A stretch of 32,000 nt of DNA. It comes from Paramicrosporidium saccamoebae KSL3 (lineage: Eukaryota; Fungi; Cryptomycota). This document shows, in pieces, positions 9,614 to 20,505 of the stretch (its first letter is position 1; the number at the start of each line of letters is the position of its first letter). The stretch is taken from contig MTSL01000117.1 of the NCBI GenBank assembly GCA_002794465.1, positions 89,203 through 121,202 of the forward strand. The letters are read 5' to 3'. A model generated the notes under the pieces. That model saw only the letters and a program-made list of their open reading frames with translations. It was not told the origin of the DNA and did no database searches. Both the position numbers and the translations under genes were made by a program.

Positions 9614-9736
9614 CATTTTGTTAAATCCCACTTTATTAGCATCCTGTTAAATCCCACTTTATTGGCATCCGTTCGATCTCATCTTATTAAAATCCTGTTC
9701 AACCTCGCTTTATTAGCATCTCGTTCAACTTTACTT
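9582..9736. repeat. 26-bp minisatellite, 6 copies
   Basis: Units start at 9582, 9608, 9634, 9660 (25 bp), 9685 and 9711; consensus about TATTAGCATCCTGTTCAACCTCACTT. Confidence 0.92.
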
Positions 9737-9778
9737 TGTTAATTATAAACATTTTGCTCCGCCTGACTGTTAATAGTA

Positions 9779-11611
9779 TTACTCTCCTTGTAAGATTAGC
9801 TTGTTCATCTCTGGATCTAAAAGCCATCGGCAAAGATTGTTCACCAGTTCCTTTAGCTTTTCATCAGTTTCCACTTTCTCTGCAGACTTGCTATGCATTT
9901 CAGAGTAAAACTTAATCTTGGGTTCGGTGCCGCTTGCCCGCAGCGTCACCCATCCGTGTCCAAAACAGAGGGTGACCATGTTGGAACCTGGGTAATCATT
10001 AATGCTCATGATGGAGTGCTCGCTGTCGAGGGAGATTTGGCAGGCACCGGTAAGATTTTCCGTGGATCCCGGGACGCGTTCATGCAGCTTAGTACGAAGG
10101 GCGGCAAAGATGGATGAAACCCGCACTGGATCGCAAAAGTAATACGAATTGTACTGTGAAAAATAGCCATAAATATCGTATATCTCTGCGAGAGTCGCCG
10201 TCAATGTCTTATTGTGAGAATAGACATCAAGGACCATCAGATACATTAGACACATTGCAGAGATGCCATCCTTATCCCATACTGCAGAATTAATCATAAA
10301 ACCGATTGCCTCTTCAAATGCCAATAAGACCTTTAACCCGGGCCGCTCCGTCTCCAGCTTTTGTGACGCATTGGCCAGATATTTGAATCCTGTAAGGGTC
10401 TCTTGGGTGAGGAATCCCTCCTTTGTACCCATAGTGCTGATCAGATGACTAGACACGACACTGCCTAGCATGGCAAATTCGGTTGCATCTGGCGCAATAA
10501 TGGATCGATTCTGCCACACGTAATGAGCAAACAGGGCTGCAATTTCATTTCCGTTGAAAATTTTCCATTCGTTCACAAACTCGCAGCAGCTGAAGCGATC
10601 GGCGTCCGGGTCATTAGCAAAGATCAACTTGCTGTTGGTCGCTGTGGCAAACTGAAATGCTTCATCCAAAGTCTCGGGACCTTCTTCGGGGTTTGGAAAC
10701 TTTACCGTCGAGAAATTGGGATCAGGGTCTTTCTGTGAGGGCACCTCCAGTAGAGGAGGAAGATTAAGCGCTTCAATCGCCGCTTTAGCAAATTTCATTC
10801 CTACTCCATGGATTGGAGTATAAACGATTGAGGGTACATGTGTTATGTGGATCGAGTCTTTGAGTGGGCTCAGCAGATTACCTATTGACTGCACAAAATG
10901 GCCCAATGCTCTCGCGTAAATGTCTTCAAAGTCTCCAGCAGGGTCAATGTCCCACAGCGAATAATTCTGTGCGGCAATTAACGTTGCAATATCCTTATCT
11001 ACTGGCGAAGCAATCTAAAACTTAGTATCATTCATTCATCATACCTGGCAGGCATTGGAGGCATAGACTTTGTATCCATTGTCATTGGCAGGATTGTGCG
11101 ATGCGGTTATCATTATCCCACACGCAGCACCCTCGTTTTGCACGGAAAAGGGAACCATTGGCGTGGCAACGCTTTCCGAAAATCCGAGGACGGACAAGCC
11201 GGCTTTTTTCAGAGTTGCCACGGTTACTTGGAAAAATTGCAACGAGTTGTGGCGATGATCGTATCCAACAACCACCTTGTGACCACCCTTTTGTTTGACA
11301 TATGTAGCCAATCCCTAACATTTAAATAGTCGACTCTAAGATACCTGGGTGGCAAGCTGGACAGTAATCACATTCATACACGAGAATCCAGGATTCATTG
11401 TAGCGCGCAAACCAGCTGTACCAAAGGAAATGTCTCGCTCCAATCTCAAATTCAGCACAGCTCTGGCAGTCTCATCTCCCCTCTCGCTCGCCTCTTCTAA
11501 TCTCCGCATCTCTGCTATGCTGTTCTCATCCTACAGTTCTACAATAACCATGGAGCATACTTTATCAAGTCGTTTCCATAGTTCCAACCGGGAGCTAATG
11601 TCAACAGTCAT
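9779..11611 (-). CDS. PGM2: Phosphoglucomutase/phosphopentomutase (human PGM2, yeast Prm15 type)
   Basis: ATG 11611; three 30-nt introns (11560-11531, 11344-11315, 11044-11015). Motifs FGTAGLR, ITASHNP (phospho-Ser), [24 protein letters not shown]. Confidence 0.93.
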
Positions 11612-11711
11612 TAAACTCTGGTTGGTTGTATATGTGAGATGTTTATTAAAGACCCTTCATCCCTGGTCTGCAGATCTATCCACCCGCTCCCATACCCTCA
11701 TAATTGGAGAC

Positions 11712-12698
11712 ATGAAGGCTTGTCGTTCGGTGGACTGTTACAAAAAGCTCAACCGTATTGAAGAGGGCACTTATGGGATTGTCTACCGAGCAGAGGACCG
11801 TGAGACTGGCGAGATAGTTGCTCTCAAGAAACTAAAACTTGAACGTGAACGAGAAGGCTTTCCCGTCACCTCCCTCCGCGAGGTCAATGCCTTGATGCAG
11901 GCACGTCATCCACACATTGTCAACCTGCGAGAAATGGTTGTCGGACGTGAATTATCGTCCGTCTTTCTTGTGATGGATTTTGTGGAGCACGATCTGAGAA
12001 GTTTAATGGACGATATGGTGCAGCCATTTTCTGTTTCCGAGATGAAGACTCTGCTAAAACAACTATTGGAGGCGACAGCATCAATGCACGAACGGTGGAT
12101 CTTGCACCGCGATTTAAAGACGAGCAACTTGCTACTAAACAACAAGGGCGAAATTAAGGTTGCTGATTTTGGATTAGCGAGGAGGTTAGGGAGCCCGCTT
12201 ATTGGACAGTTGACACCAGTGGTTGTGACCTTGTGGTATCGTTCTCCAGAATTGCTCCTCGGCTCCAAAGATTACAGTTGGTCCGTTGACATTTGGTCAG
12301 TGGGCTGCATTGCGGCCGAGTTTCTCATCTCGCAGCCACTCTTTCCAGGAAAGTCGGAAATTGATCAACTCGACCGAATCTTTCGCACTCTCGGCATGCC
12401 CACTGAGCGGATCTGGCCTGGATTCAGTAAACTCCCACACGCCGACAAACTTGTACATATTAATCAGCCCTACAACTGTCTCGAAAAGATTTTGCCCATG
12501 CTCTCGCCGGCGGGGATTGATCTGATGGGGAGGATGCTTGCCTATGATCCCCAAAAGCGACTGACAGCACAAGAGGCCCTTCTCCATCCATTCTTTACGG
12601 AGGCGCCCCTGCCAAAAGACCCAGCATTGTTCCCTACGTGGCCCTCCCGTAATGCTGAAGAGAAGCGGCCTCATAATACTCCACAAGCACCACATTAA
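11712..12698 (+). CDS. CDK11: Cyclin-dependent kinase CDK11/PITSLRE family, kinase domain only
   Basis: MKACRSVDCYKKLNRIEEGTYGIVYRA, GFPVTSLRE, HRDLKTSN, ADFGLAR, VVTLWYRSPE. The start at 11712 avoids overlap with PGM2. Confidence 0.9.
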   Translation: MKACRSVDCYKKLNRIEEGTYGIVYRAEDRETGEIVALKKLKLEREREGFPVTSLREVNALMQARHPHIVNLREMVVGRELSSVFLVMDFVEHDLRSLMDDMVQPFSVSEMKTLLKQLLEATASMHERWILHRDLKTSNLLLNNKGEIKVADFGLARRLGSPLIGQLTPVVVTLWYRSPELLLGSKDYSWSVDIWSVGCIAAEFLISQPLFPGKSEIDQLDRIFRTLGMPTERIWPGFSKLPHADKLVHINQPYNCLEKILPMLSPAGIDLMGRMLAYDPQKRLTAQEALLHPFFTEAPLPKDPALFPTWPSRNAEEKRPHNTPQAPH

Positions 12699-12730
12699 CA
12701 GAAATAGAAATTTGTCATAGGATATTTGCA

Positions 12731-12741
12731 CGACCAATCAG
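12731..12741 (+). promoter_or_regulatory. CCAAT (NF-Y/Hap) box upstream of POLG
   Basis: CGACCAATCAG fits the NF-Y consensus; an identical 11-mer occurs at 29275-29285. Confidence 0.45.
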
Positions 12742-12743
12742 AA

Positions 12744-15700
12744 ATGATTCTGGCGAGGCGCCGAGTGCCGGTCAGTCGTCCGGGCTGGTCCGTCCACCCG
12801 CCATTTTCGACTCTTGCAGCTAATGGGTCTAATGCCCGTTTCAATGAGGCCAAGATTCAGATGCTCTCTGCTGGACTGCATCGACAAGTATTTCCAGAGT
12901 GCTACGGAAAGAGCCCGCCGAGTGCACCATCAAAACAGCTTGTCGACCTCTCCCTGAAGCATCTTGGAATTCACAAAATTCCCGTCGATGAGGGCCGTCC
13001 GTCGAGGCCAGAAGTATCTCTCAATTTGCCGCCTTTGCTGGGTGAGAATATCGAAGAGCATTTTTATCGGATGGGAACAATGATGGGCCAGCCATATTAC
13101 GAAATGGTGTCTAGCTTTGCCACTAATGGCCCTAATATCAGGTTAAATCTGAGTTTTATGATGGGCAAGTGGGAGAGTCGAGCAGGGTGGACTCGATACA
13201 CTTTGGGGGGCGAGTCATGTGGGGCAGTACCGTATCCAGAAGAGCCCACAATGGTTTTTGATGTCGAAACATGTCCAAATCATGGACCGTGGCCATTGAT
13301 GGCTGTGGCGCTGACACAAAACTACATTTATGCTTGGGTATCTCCAGTTTTATTTGAAAACAATTATGCAGAACGGGATCGCCTCATCCCAATGGACGAC
13401 AGCCGACCTACGATCTGTATCGGCCACAACATTTCCTACGACCGAGCACGGATTATGAACGAGTACAGCTTGGAAAAGAGTCCTCGGAGATTTCTTGACA
13501 CTCTATCGCTTCATTGCGCCGTGGGTGGATTAAGCAGTCAACAGCGCGCCCAATGGTCCTCTTACAAGAAACAGCACATTTTGGGCGAAGGCACCCACGT
13601 CCCTGCTGATGCCGACTGTCAATCTGATCTTGGGGGCGATGAAGCAACCTGGGAGAAGCAATGCTCCATGAACAATCTCGCCGATGTGGTGCGATTACAT
13701 TGCGACTATGAGCTGGACAAGAGTGTACGCGACGTTCTGGTCAAGGGAACTCTCGAGGATGTTCGGAAAGAATTCCAGTCTGTCATGACATATTGTTCCA
13801 ATGATGTTGCGGCAACATATGGACTATTGTGTGAATTGTGGCCCAAGTACAGGCAAAAATGTGCACATCCTATTTCGTTTGCGGCAATCTTGGAAATGGG
13901 CACCTGTTTCCTGCCCACTAATAATCGGTGGGAAGAGTATGTGGATAAAGCTGAGGGGATGTATGTCAAATCTCTGGAGCAAGTCGAGAGCCTGCTGAGG
14001 CTGCTGGTGGAGCAAACGGTGGAAAACGGACAAAAGAATGAGGGCTGGAAGGATAATCCATGGCTGAACAAGTTGGATTGGACGCCAGTTCCTGCAAAGT
14101 ACACCAAGGCCAAATACAAGGCGGATGGGACTTTTGCCAAGGATGGAGAGCCCAGACCCATAGGCAACGTCAAGCTATTTGGCAAGCCCGCGTGGTATAA
14201 AAAGATTTACTCTACTAAAGAGGCCAGACCGGAGATTACCCCCAAGACTAGAATCTTGCCGTATTTGCTAAAGATGCAGTGGGAGGGAAACCCCGTTCAT
14301 TACGTTGAGAATGCAGGCTGGTGCTATGCTGCACCCAAGGGTACGGAAAAGGGGGCTCTAGTTTTTGACCAGGACGGAAAGACTTTTATTAAAATTCCAC
14401 ACCATGAGCAAGAAGGCGCTAATGTTGGTTCGTTAATGACGAAGCATCACTTGAAATTTTATGAAAAGGGAGTTTTGACCACAGACAGCAAAATTTTAAA
14501 AGAAGTGCTGCAGGTGAATTCACAGTTTTCCTTTTGGACTGGGTACAGGGAACGCATCAAGGACCAGTTTGTAGTGTGGTCAGATGAGCCTGGCGTCAAG
14601 CTTGGATTCACATCTGAGATGAAGGCCGGGATGATCATTCCGACCTTGATCATGATGGGCACCGTGACCAGACGGGCTGTCGAACGTACTTGGATGACGG
14701 CAACTAATTCAAAAAAAAATCTGGTCGGATCGGAGCTAAAGTCGCGAATAATTGCGCCTGACGGCTATGTATTTGTTGGTGCAGATGTAGATAGTCAGGA
14801 GTTGTGGATCTCGAGTTTGTTGGGAGACGCTCAGTTTGGCTTTGCCGGTGCCACTGCCCTTGGATGGATGACTTTGCAAGGAGAGAGATCTGACAGCACA
14901 GATCTCCATTCGAGAACTGCGGCCATCCTGGGGATGAGCAGGAATGATGCCAAAATTTTCAACTATGGGCGCATTTACGGCGCAGGTGTTAGATATGCTG
15001 CCCAGCTACTGCAAAAGTTTAATCCAAACATGTCCAAACAGGAAGCTGAAGAGCGCTCCAAGGCCCTTTATCATGCTACCAAAGGATGTAAGAGGTCTGC
15101 GGGTCTGAAGAGTATTGGATTGTCACGCATTTATGCTGGCGGAACAGAGTCGTTCATGTTCAATATTCTCGAGAGTATTGCCCACTCGCAAGCATCAAAA
15201 ACACCTGCCCTCTCTGCAGAGATTAGCGACGCCCTTATTTCTGACAATGTTCAGGACGAATTTCTCACTAGCCGGGTTAACTGGGCAGTACAGTCCAGCG
15301 GCGTGGATTACTTGCACATGTTGGTGTGCACGATGGACTACCTACTTCGAAGATATGGGATCAAGGGGAGACTGGCCATTACAATCCACGACGAGGTCCG
15401 CTATTTGATTGCCGAGCAGGATAAACATCGTGGTGCCTTGGCTCTCCAAATTGCCAACATTTGGACAAGAGCAATGTTTGCTCGTCGAGTTGGGATGGCC
15501 GATTTGCCACTGGTAAGGATACGGTGTATAATGTTAATTATGTGTAGTCTGTAGCATTCTTTTCAGCCGTGGATTTTGATCGGGTTTTGAGAAAAGAGGC
15601 AACTACTGATTGTGTGACTCCTTCTAATCCCACACCCGTCCCACCAGGCACTGCTCTGGACATTTACAAGCTGCTCGAGTTGCTTCCTAAAGGTCTCGGT

Positions 15701-15958
15701 CCAGTCGTCGATCCCATAGAGCCGTCTCGTATGCGACGCTTCCAACGCTACGACCCAGTCGTCTGTATTGCCACCCCAGATGACATTCGCACACAAATTG
15801 GATTGCCCGTGGATCCTACCCCAAAAGCCGATCCCCCACCAACTAAAAGTTACAAGAGCCGACGAGTCGAGGTAAAGTCATTGCAGCCGTCGCAGCAAGA
15901 AATTAGTGGTTTGAGAAAGACGTGGATGCTTCTGAAGAATGCACCCCTTATTAATTAA
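12744..15958 (+). CDS. POLG: Mitochondrial DNA polymerase gamma catalytic subunit (POLG/Mip1)
   Basis: Arg-rich presequence-like N-terminus. ExoI FDVET, Exo[12 protein letters not shown], ExoIII YCSNDV; Pol[11 protein letters not shown], Pol[17 protein letters not shown], PolC IHDEVRY. A 35-nt intron 15513-15547 restores [15 protein letters not shown]. Confidence 0.96.
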
Positions 15959-16021
15959 TTTTGTTCAATAGATCTGTTTTATAGACTTTAGATGTCTCAT
16001 CATAACAACGTATAAGGGGTA

Positions 16022-16084
16022 TCTGTAGTATCACAAACATGTACAGTTGATGTCCGTAGTATCACACATATGTATAGGTGGACG
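16022..16084. repeat. Tandem duplication of a ~31-bp unit downstream of POLG
   Basis: TCTGTAGTATCACAAACATGTACAG vs TCCGTAGTATCACACATATGTATAG, 21/25 identical. Confidence 0.7.
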
Positions 16085-16256
16085 TTGCGAATGGGAGGGA
16101 TATGATGTTGCAAATGCAAGGAATTTGGCCACAAAGGGTCCCTTCCAACAAACAGCTTGATTTATAATAATCCCCCGCTACGCCGCAAATGCGACTACTC
16201 ATTCTTGTATAATATTGCACTGCAACTATCCCATAAGAAAATGGCCATGGTTCGGA

Positions 16257-16263
16257 TATAAAA
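16257..16263 (+). promoter_or_regulatory. TATA box upstream of the putative snoRNA
   Basis: TATAAAA 24 nt before the snoRNA terminal stem. Confidence 0.45.
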
Positions 16264-16286
16264 GAGTCGCCGGGGTCGGTTGGTTC

Positions 16287-16402
16287 GTCTCAGTGATGAA
16301 TAATGCCCGTGTATGAGAGTGACCCTCTCGAGCCCTGTTTGACAGGAGAACCTACTCGATGGTCACTTTTTACGGATTATGTTTGGGCAGCGTCTGAGAG
16401 AC
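16287..16402 (+). ncRNA. Box C/D snoRNA (target not identified)
   Basis: Terminal stem GTCTC (16287-16291)/GAGAC (16398-16402) closes box C GTGATGA (16293-16299) and box D CTGA (16394-16397) in canonical spacing. Long internal stem (GAGAGTGACC/GGTCACTTTT, TCGAG/CTCGA, CCTGT/ACAGG). Confidence 0.65.
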
Positions 16403-16690
16403 TCTCTGGTCAGCGTTTGGTTGGGTGCTGTTTTATTAGCACTGTGCCTTACCAAGTGATAAGGATAGGAATAATGACATTTTCAACAAAATCATCCATT
16501 CTAAAACAACTAATATTGCATATTTTATTATTAAAGAAACGGCCGTCTCGTGGCCTGTCCATGCCGAATAAATTAGGTTGATAGTACCGATTCTGTAAAC
16601 AGCACCCCCAGCCATTGGCCACGGGCGCGAGTTTAACCGGCCCCCAAACACCCAAATTTAGATAAATACTCTCCCCCCTGCAGCGCACTC

Positions 16691-18742
16691 ATGCCGTCTC
16701 CTGTGAGCCAAAGAACCCGCTCCCCCACGCCAATCGCCACTGGCATCCCCTTTTCTGTCGAGGTGGACGCTCCAGCCAAATCAGGCGAGGGAAAGCCGCG
16801 TCGCCATCCGCTTGTGGCCTCTGGAGAGCTTGTCAACAGCTTCCAGGATGGAGTGGAGACGCTCTATGATACTTTTCGCAATGCTGTGGCTCAATTCAAA
16901 GACTCGCCGTTTTTGGGAACGCGTGTCAAGACGGCAACAGGATTCGGAGCCTACAAGTTTCTCACCTACCAACAGGTGGAGGAGCGCGTGGCCAACTTTG
17001 CGGCAGGACTCGCCTCTTTCAAGCTCGAAGAGCGAAGTAATATTGGCATTTATTCGATCAATCGGACGGAATGGTTTGTGGCCGAATATGGATGTTATTA
17101 TGAAAATATGGTAACAGTCCCACTGTATGACACTCTTGGGGACGAGGCCATTGAGCATATTTGTGTGCAGGCCGCCATGAAAGTGGTGGTGGCATCGAAT
17201 GACAAGGCCCGGAATTTGTTGCGCTTAAAAGGAAGACTGCCTGATCTAAAGACAGTTATTTGCATGGATGACGACATTTCCGATGAATTTGCCCAAATGG
17301 CATCCAAGAATGGGGTGGAATTGGTCAAGTTTACTGCAGTGGAAAAACGCGGCGCAGAAAATCCCAAGGACCCCAATCCGCCCATGGCTGGGGATCTGTG
17401 CACCATTTGCTACACGAGCGGCACCACTGGTCTGCCAAAGGGAGTCATGATCCGCCATAGTGCTGTGCTTGCCGAAGCGAGTTCGTGCTTGGCACTGGCC
17501 GGCGTTGGTAAATATGCCGATCCGAATTCGTCAAGTTTTCTGTTTCGTCTTGGATCTGAAGTCGTCCACATTTCATATCTTCCCCTAGCTCACGTCTACG
17601 AGCGGGTGGTAATTTCAGTGATGGCCACGGTTGGTGCTTGTGTTGGCTTTTATCAAGGCGACGTTATGAAGCTGATGGAGGATATTCAAGAGTTGCGTCC
17701 AACCCTCTTTGTTGCTGTCCCTCGGCTCTTGAATCGTCTCCATGACAAGGTGGTTTCCGGTGTCAGTTCGAGCTCGGCGTTCAAAAGAGTCCTTTTCAAT
17801 TATGCCTACAAGTGGAAGAGAATGAACCTGGCCAAGACTGGTGAATTTGACCATTGGCTTTGGGATCGTGTCGTATTTGGTGCCCTCCGCAATCGTCTTG
17901 GAGGAAGAGTGAATGCGATTCTGACGGGATCGGCTCCAATGTCCCCAGATGTGATGGATTTCATGCGCGTCTGCTTTTCCTGTGAAGTCTATGAAGGTTA
18001 TGGTCAAACTGAAACTTGTGCTGGATCAACCCTGACGGTCCGCGGTGACTGGACATCAGGCCAGATTGGTGTTCCCCTCCCTGCGAACGAAATTAAACTT
18101 GTGGATATTCCAGAGATGGGCTATTCCAGTGCAGACCAACCCCGTCCTCGTGGCGAGATTTGCATCCGCGGCCACAATTGCTTCCTGGGATACTACAAGG
18201 AGCCAGAACTGACCAAAGAGGCGCTTGATTCCGATAACTGGGTCCACACTGGTGATGTCGGAGAGTGGGACGAAAAGGGTCGCCTTCGTATCATTGATCG
18301 CAAGAAGAATCTGTTCAAACTTGCCCAGGGCGAGTATATTTCGCCTGAAAAGATTGAGAACATTATTTGCCGCAACAAGTACATTGCCCAGGCATATGTG
18401 GAAGGAAACAGCTTAAAGGCATCTCTAGTTGCTATCGTCGTGCCGGACTTTGAGACCTTGAAGCCGTGGGCTCGGGAGAAGGGATTGAAATGTGATGATG
18501 AAGCCGAATTGGCGAAAAAGAGCGAAGTGAAGGAGCTCATTATGGGAGAGATAAAGGCACTTGGTCGGGGTGGAAGTGGAGAGTTGAAGGGCTTTGAAGT
18601 TCCTCACCAAGTGTATGTAGATCACGAACCCTTTTCAGTCGAGAATGGCATTCTGACCTCCAAGATGAGTCTTAAGCGTCACGAGGCCAAGAAATATTAC
18701 CGTGAGCAGATTGAGGAAATGTACAACCAGTTGAACGATTGA
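16691..18742 (+). CDS. ACSL: Long-chain fatty-acyl-CoA synthetase (ACSL/FAA family)
   Basis: AMP-binding motif ICYTSGTTGLPKG, SYLPLAHVYER, GYGQTE, HTGDVGEW...IIDRKKNLFKLAQGEYISPEKIE. Intronless. Confidence 0.95.
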   Translation: MPSPVSQRTRSPTPIATGIPFSVEVDAPAKSGEGKPRRHPLVASGELVNSFQDGVETLYDTFRNAVAQFKDSPFLGTRVKTATGFGAYKFLTYQQVEERVANFAAGLASFKLEERSNIGIYSINRTEWFVAEYGCYYENMVTVPLYDTLGDEAIEHICVQAAMKVVVASNDKARNLLRLKGRLPDLKTVICMDDDISDEFAQMASKNGVELVKFTAVEKRGAENPKDPNPPMAGDLCTICYTSGTTGLPKGVMIRHSAVLAEASSCLALAGVGKYADPNSSSFLFRLGSEVVHISYLPLAHVYERVVISVMATVGACVGFYQGDVMKLMEDIQELRPTLFVAVPRLLNRLHDKVVSGVSSSSAFKRVLFNYAYKWKRMNLAKTGEFDHWLWDRVVFGALRNRLGGRVNAILTGSAPMSPDVMDFMRVCFSCEVYEGYGQTETCAGSTLTVRGDWTSGQIGVPLPANEIKLVDIPEMGYSSADQPRPRGEICIRGHNCFLGYYKEPELTKEALDSDNWVHTGDVGEWDEKGRLRIIDRKKNLFKLAQGEYISPEKIENIICRNKYIAQAYVEGNSLKASLVAIVVPDFETLKPWAREKGLKCDDEAELAKKSEVKELIMGEIKALGRGGSGELKGFEVPHQVYVDHEPFSVENGILTSKMSLKRHEAKKYYREQIEEMYNQLND

Positions 18743-18856
18743 CGGGTGATGAATGATGAGTGATGGGTATTTGTTTTGCTGAGAAAGGAGAATAAATTGG
18801 GTTTATCTATTGTTTTATAATGTGCGTGCGATTGCGGCAACGGCCATTTGCTAAGA

Positions 18857-19141
18857 TTTGTGATCCGTTATATAACCGTGACCTAGAAGACTGATTATCA
18901 TGTCTTTTGGAAATAGTTCCCTAGTTTGGAGAAGGGATAGTCAGAACAATCGATGAAGGATAATGAAATCTATATCCTTACCATCTGGGAATTGCTACTA
19001 TGCCACTTAGGAAACCATAAAAGAGCCGTTGGATTGACTGAATAAATTCTCTTCTCGCTCCTTTCTGTCTGAAAAAGTCTGTGGTATTATCCCCACTACG
19101 CAACATAACGACCTTTTGATGAGTTTGTGCTCCGTTATATA
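18857..19141. repeat. 18-bp direct repeat pair TTTGTG(A/C)TCCGTTATATA
   Basis: Copies at 18857-18874 and 19124-19141, 17/18 identical. Confidence 0.75.
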
Positions 19142-19209
19142 TATACTCCCATATCGTGGGGTTAGTAATAAGACCCTTTATTGGGATGTGTGATTCGGTA
19201 TATTTACTA

Positions 19210-20021
19210 TTAGACAATCTGCTCGAGAGCAGTGGCATAATTGAGAGCATTAGATATCATCCATTTGGAACTAGTCTCCTCGGCAATGGAAACTTTGTGG
19301 GGAGGGAAGAGAATCTTGTCACCTTGCACATCCCAACCCCGTTTCTTGGCAAACTCTACCAACTGAGGCACTTGACTCTCATTTAACAACAACAGGGCAG
19401 CTGCGCTTGCAATGGTAAGCTCTTTGAACGACTTTTCCAGTCCCACGGCAAGCTCTCCTCGTACCTTTTCCAAGAGTTCGTCAACAAACCATTTGTATTC
19501 CTCCACAGGGACTTGTTCACGGGCAACCACCAATCGCTGGTAGGTGCCTTCACCTAGACACTGTTCCAACTGCACCACAAACTGAACTGCCTGATGAGTA
19601 GTGGAGATGCGGGCGAGGGTAGTGTGGTAGTGGGGAGGATTGGTCAGTAGGAGATGGAGCAGCCGCAGTCCGAGTAAAATGGGGGTGCGTGGTGATGGCG
19701 GCAGATGGCTCATGGAGGTGAGGAGGGCGAGATAGCGCTCAAAGGCGGGCTCATCGCGGGCATGAATGCTCCAATATGCACCCATTTCCATAATATCGCC
19801 TACAGATAGTATTTTGGGGATGACGGGTACGGATGACATTGGCCTGCTCAATGGATAGCTCGTGCGGGGCTGCCAACAAGCCAGAGACGCTTAATTGCAA
19901 CTAGACGCCTTAGATTGTGAAACATTCTTACTATGAGAGTTTGTAAGAGTTGCGCAATATGGGCCAGGTCCCCAGACTTGTTGAATTCAGCCTTTAGTGT
20001 CTCGTATACTTGGAGGTCCAT
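19210..20021 (-). CDS. RPN12: 26S proteasome lid subunit Rpn12/PSMD8
   Basis: ATG 20021; 31-nt introns 19931-19901 and 19830-19800 give YETLKAEFNK...EQANVIRDIMEMGAYWSI. LEQCLGEGTY, FAKKRGW, and a C-terminal YATALEQIV. Confidence 0.93.
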
Positions 20022-20039
20022 GACCCCGGAGCACCGAGG

Positions 20040-20417
20040 ATGAGCGAAGCATACCCGCGGAAGCATATGGAGCGTGCACACAGCACGGAAACCACGGACA
20101 ACCGACCAGAGCGGCCCGAGGTGCCTACGTCGTAAGAATGACTGCAACAGACTAACCCACAGGGTCATGATAAAGTTTATATTCTTCTCCATAGCCATGG
20201 TGCTAGCGCCGCTGAGCACTTATATGCTAACTATCAGATACGTTTTTATTGGTGAGACACTATATGAATTGGCACTAATTGAAATGTAGAAAATGTGACA
20301 TACAGCGCTGTGGCGGCCATTGCCATGGTCAATCTGGTGCTGCTTGTGTATGTGGTGGTGGCATTCCTTGAAGATGCCGAATTTAACAATCCTGCCCACC
20401 GGAGAAAGAATGAATAA
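20040..20417 (+). CDS. VMA21: V-ATPase assembly factor Vma21
   Basis: ATG 20040 (or 20067); introns 20132-20162 (31 nt, GACTAAC branch) and 20252-20289 (38 nt). Two TM helices VMIKFIFFSIAMVLAPL...AAIAMVNLVLLVYVVVAFLED and a C-terminal RRKNE dibasic ER-retrieval-like end. Confidence 0.87.
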
Positions 20418-20474
20418 ACCAAGAGTTGTAGTAAAGGGCGCGGATAGGCTAATTCAGAAAGTGTTTACTTAAGA

Positions 20475-20485
20475 CGACCAATGGG
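20475..20485 (+). promoter_or_regulatory. CCAAT box upstream of the Cys-rich membrane protein gene
   Basis: CGACCAATGGG. Confidence 0.35.
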
Positions 20486-20505
20486 GATCGACGGGCCCTG
20501 AAGCG

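Noticed and set aside
11349-11711. In-frame N-terminal extension of CDK11 in the ORF track
   Set aside because: It is antisense to PGM2 exons 1-2, which have strong homology; the kinase begins naturally at ATG 11712.
18746-18783. Three tandem RTGATG(A/G) C-box-like heptamers followed by CTGA after the ACSL stop
   Set aside because: No terminal stem and no recognisable guide; more likely a short microsatellite in the 3' UTR.
18841-18857. CGGCCATTTGCTAAGAT resembling the U2 snRNA 5' end
   Set aside because: The invariant GUGUAGUA branch-pairing sequence and Sm site do not follow.
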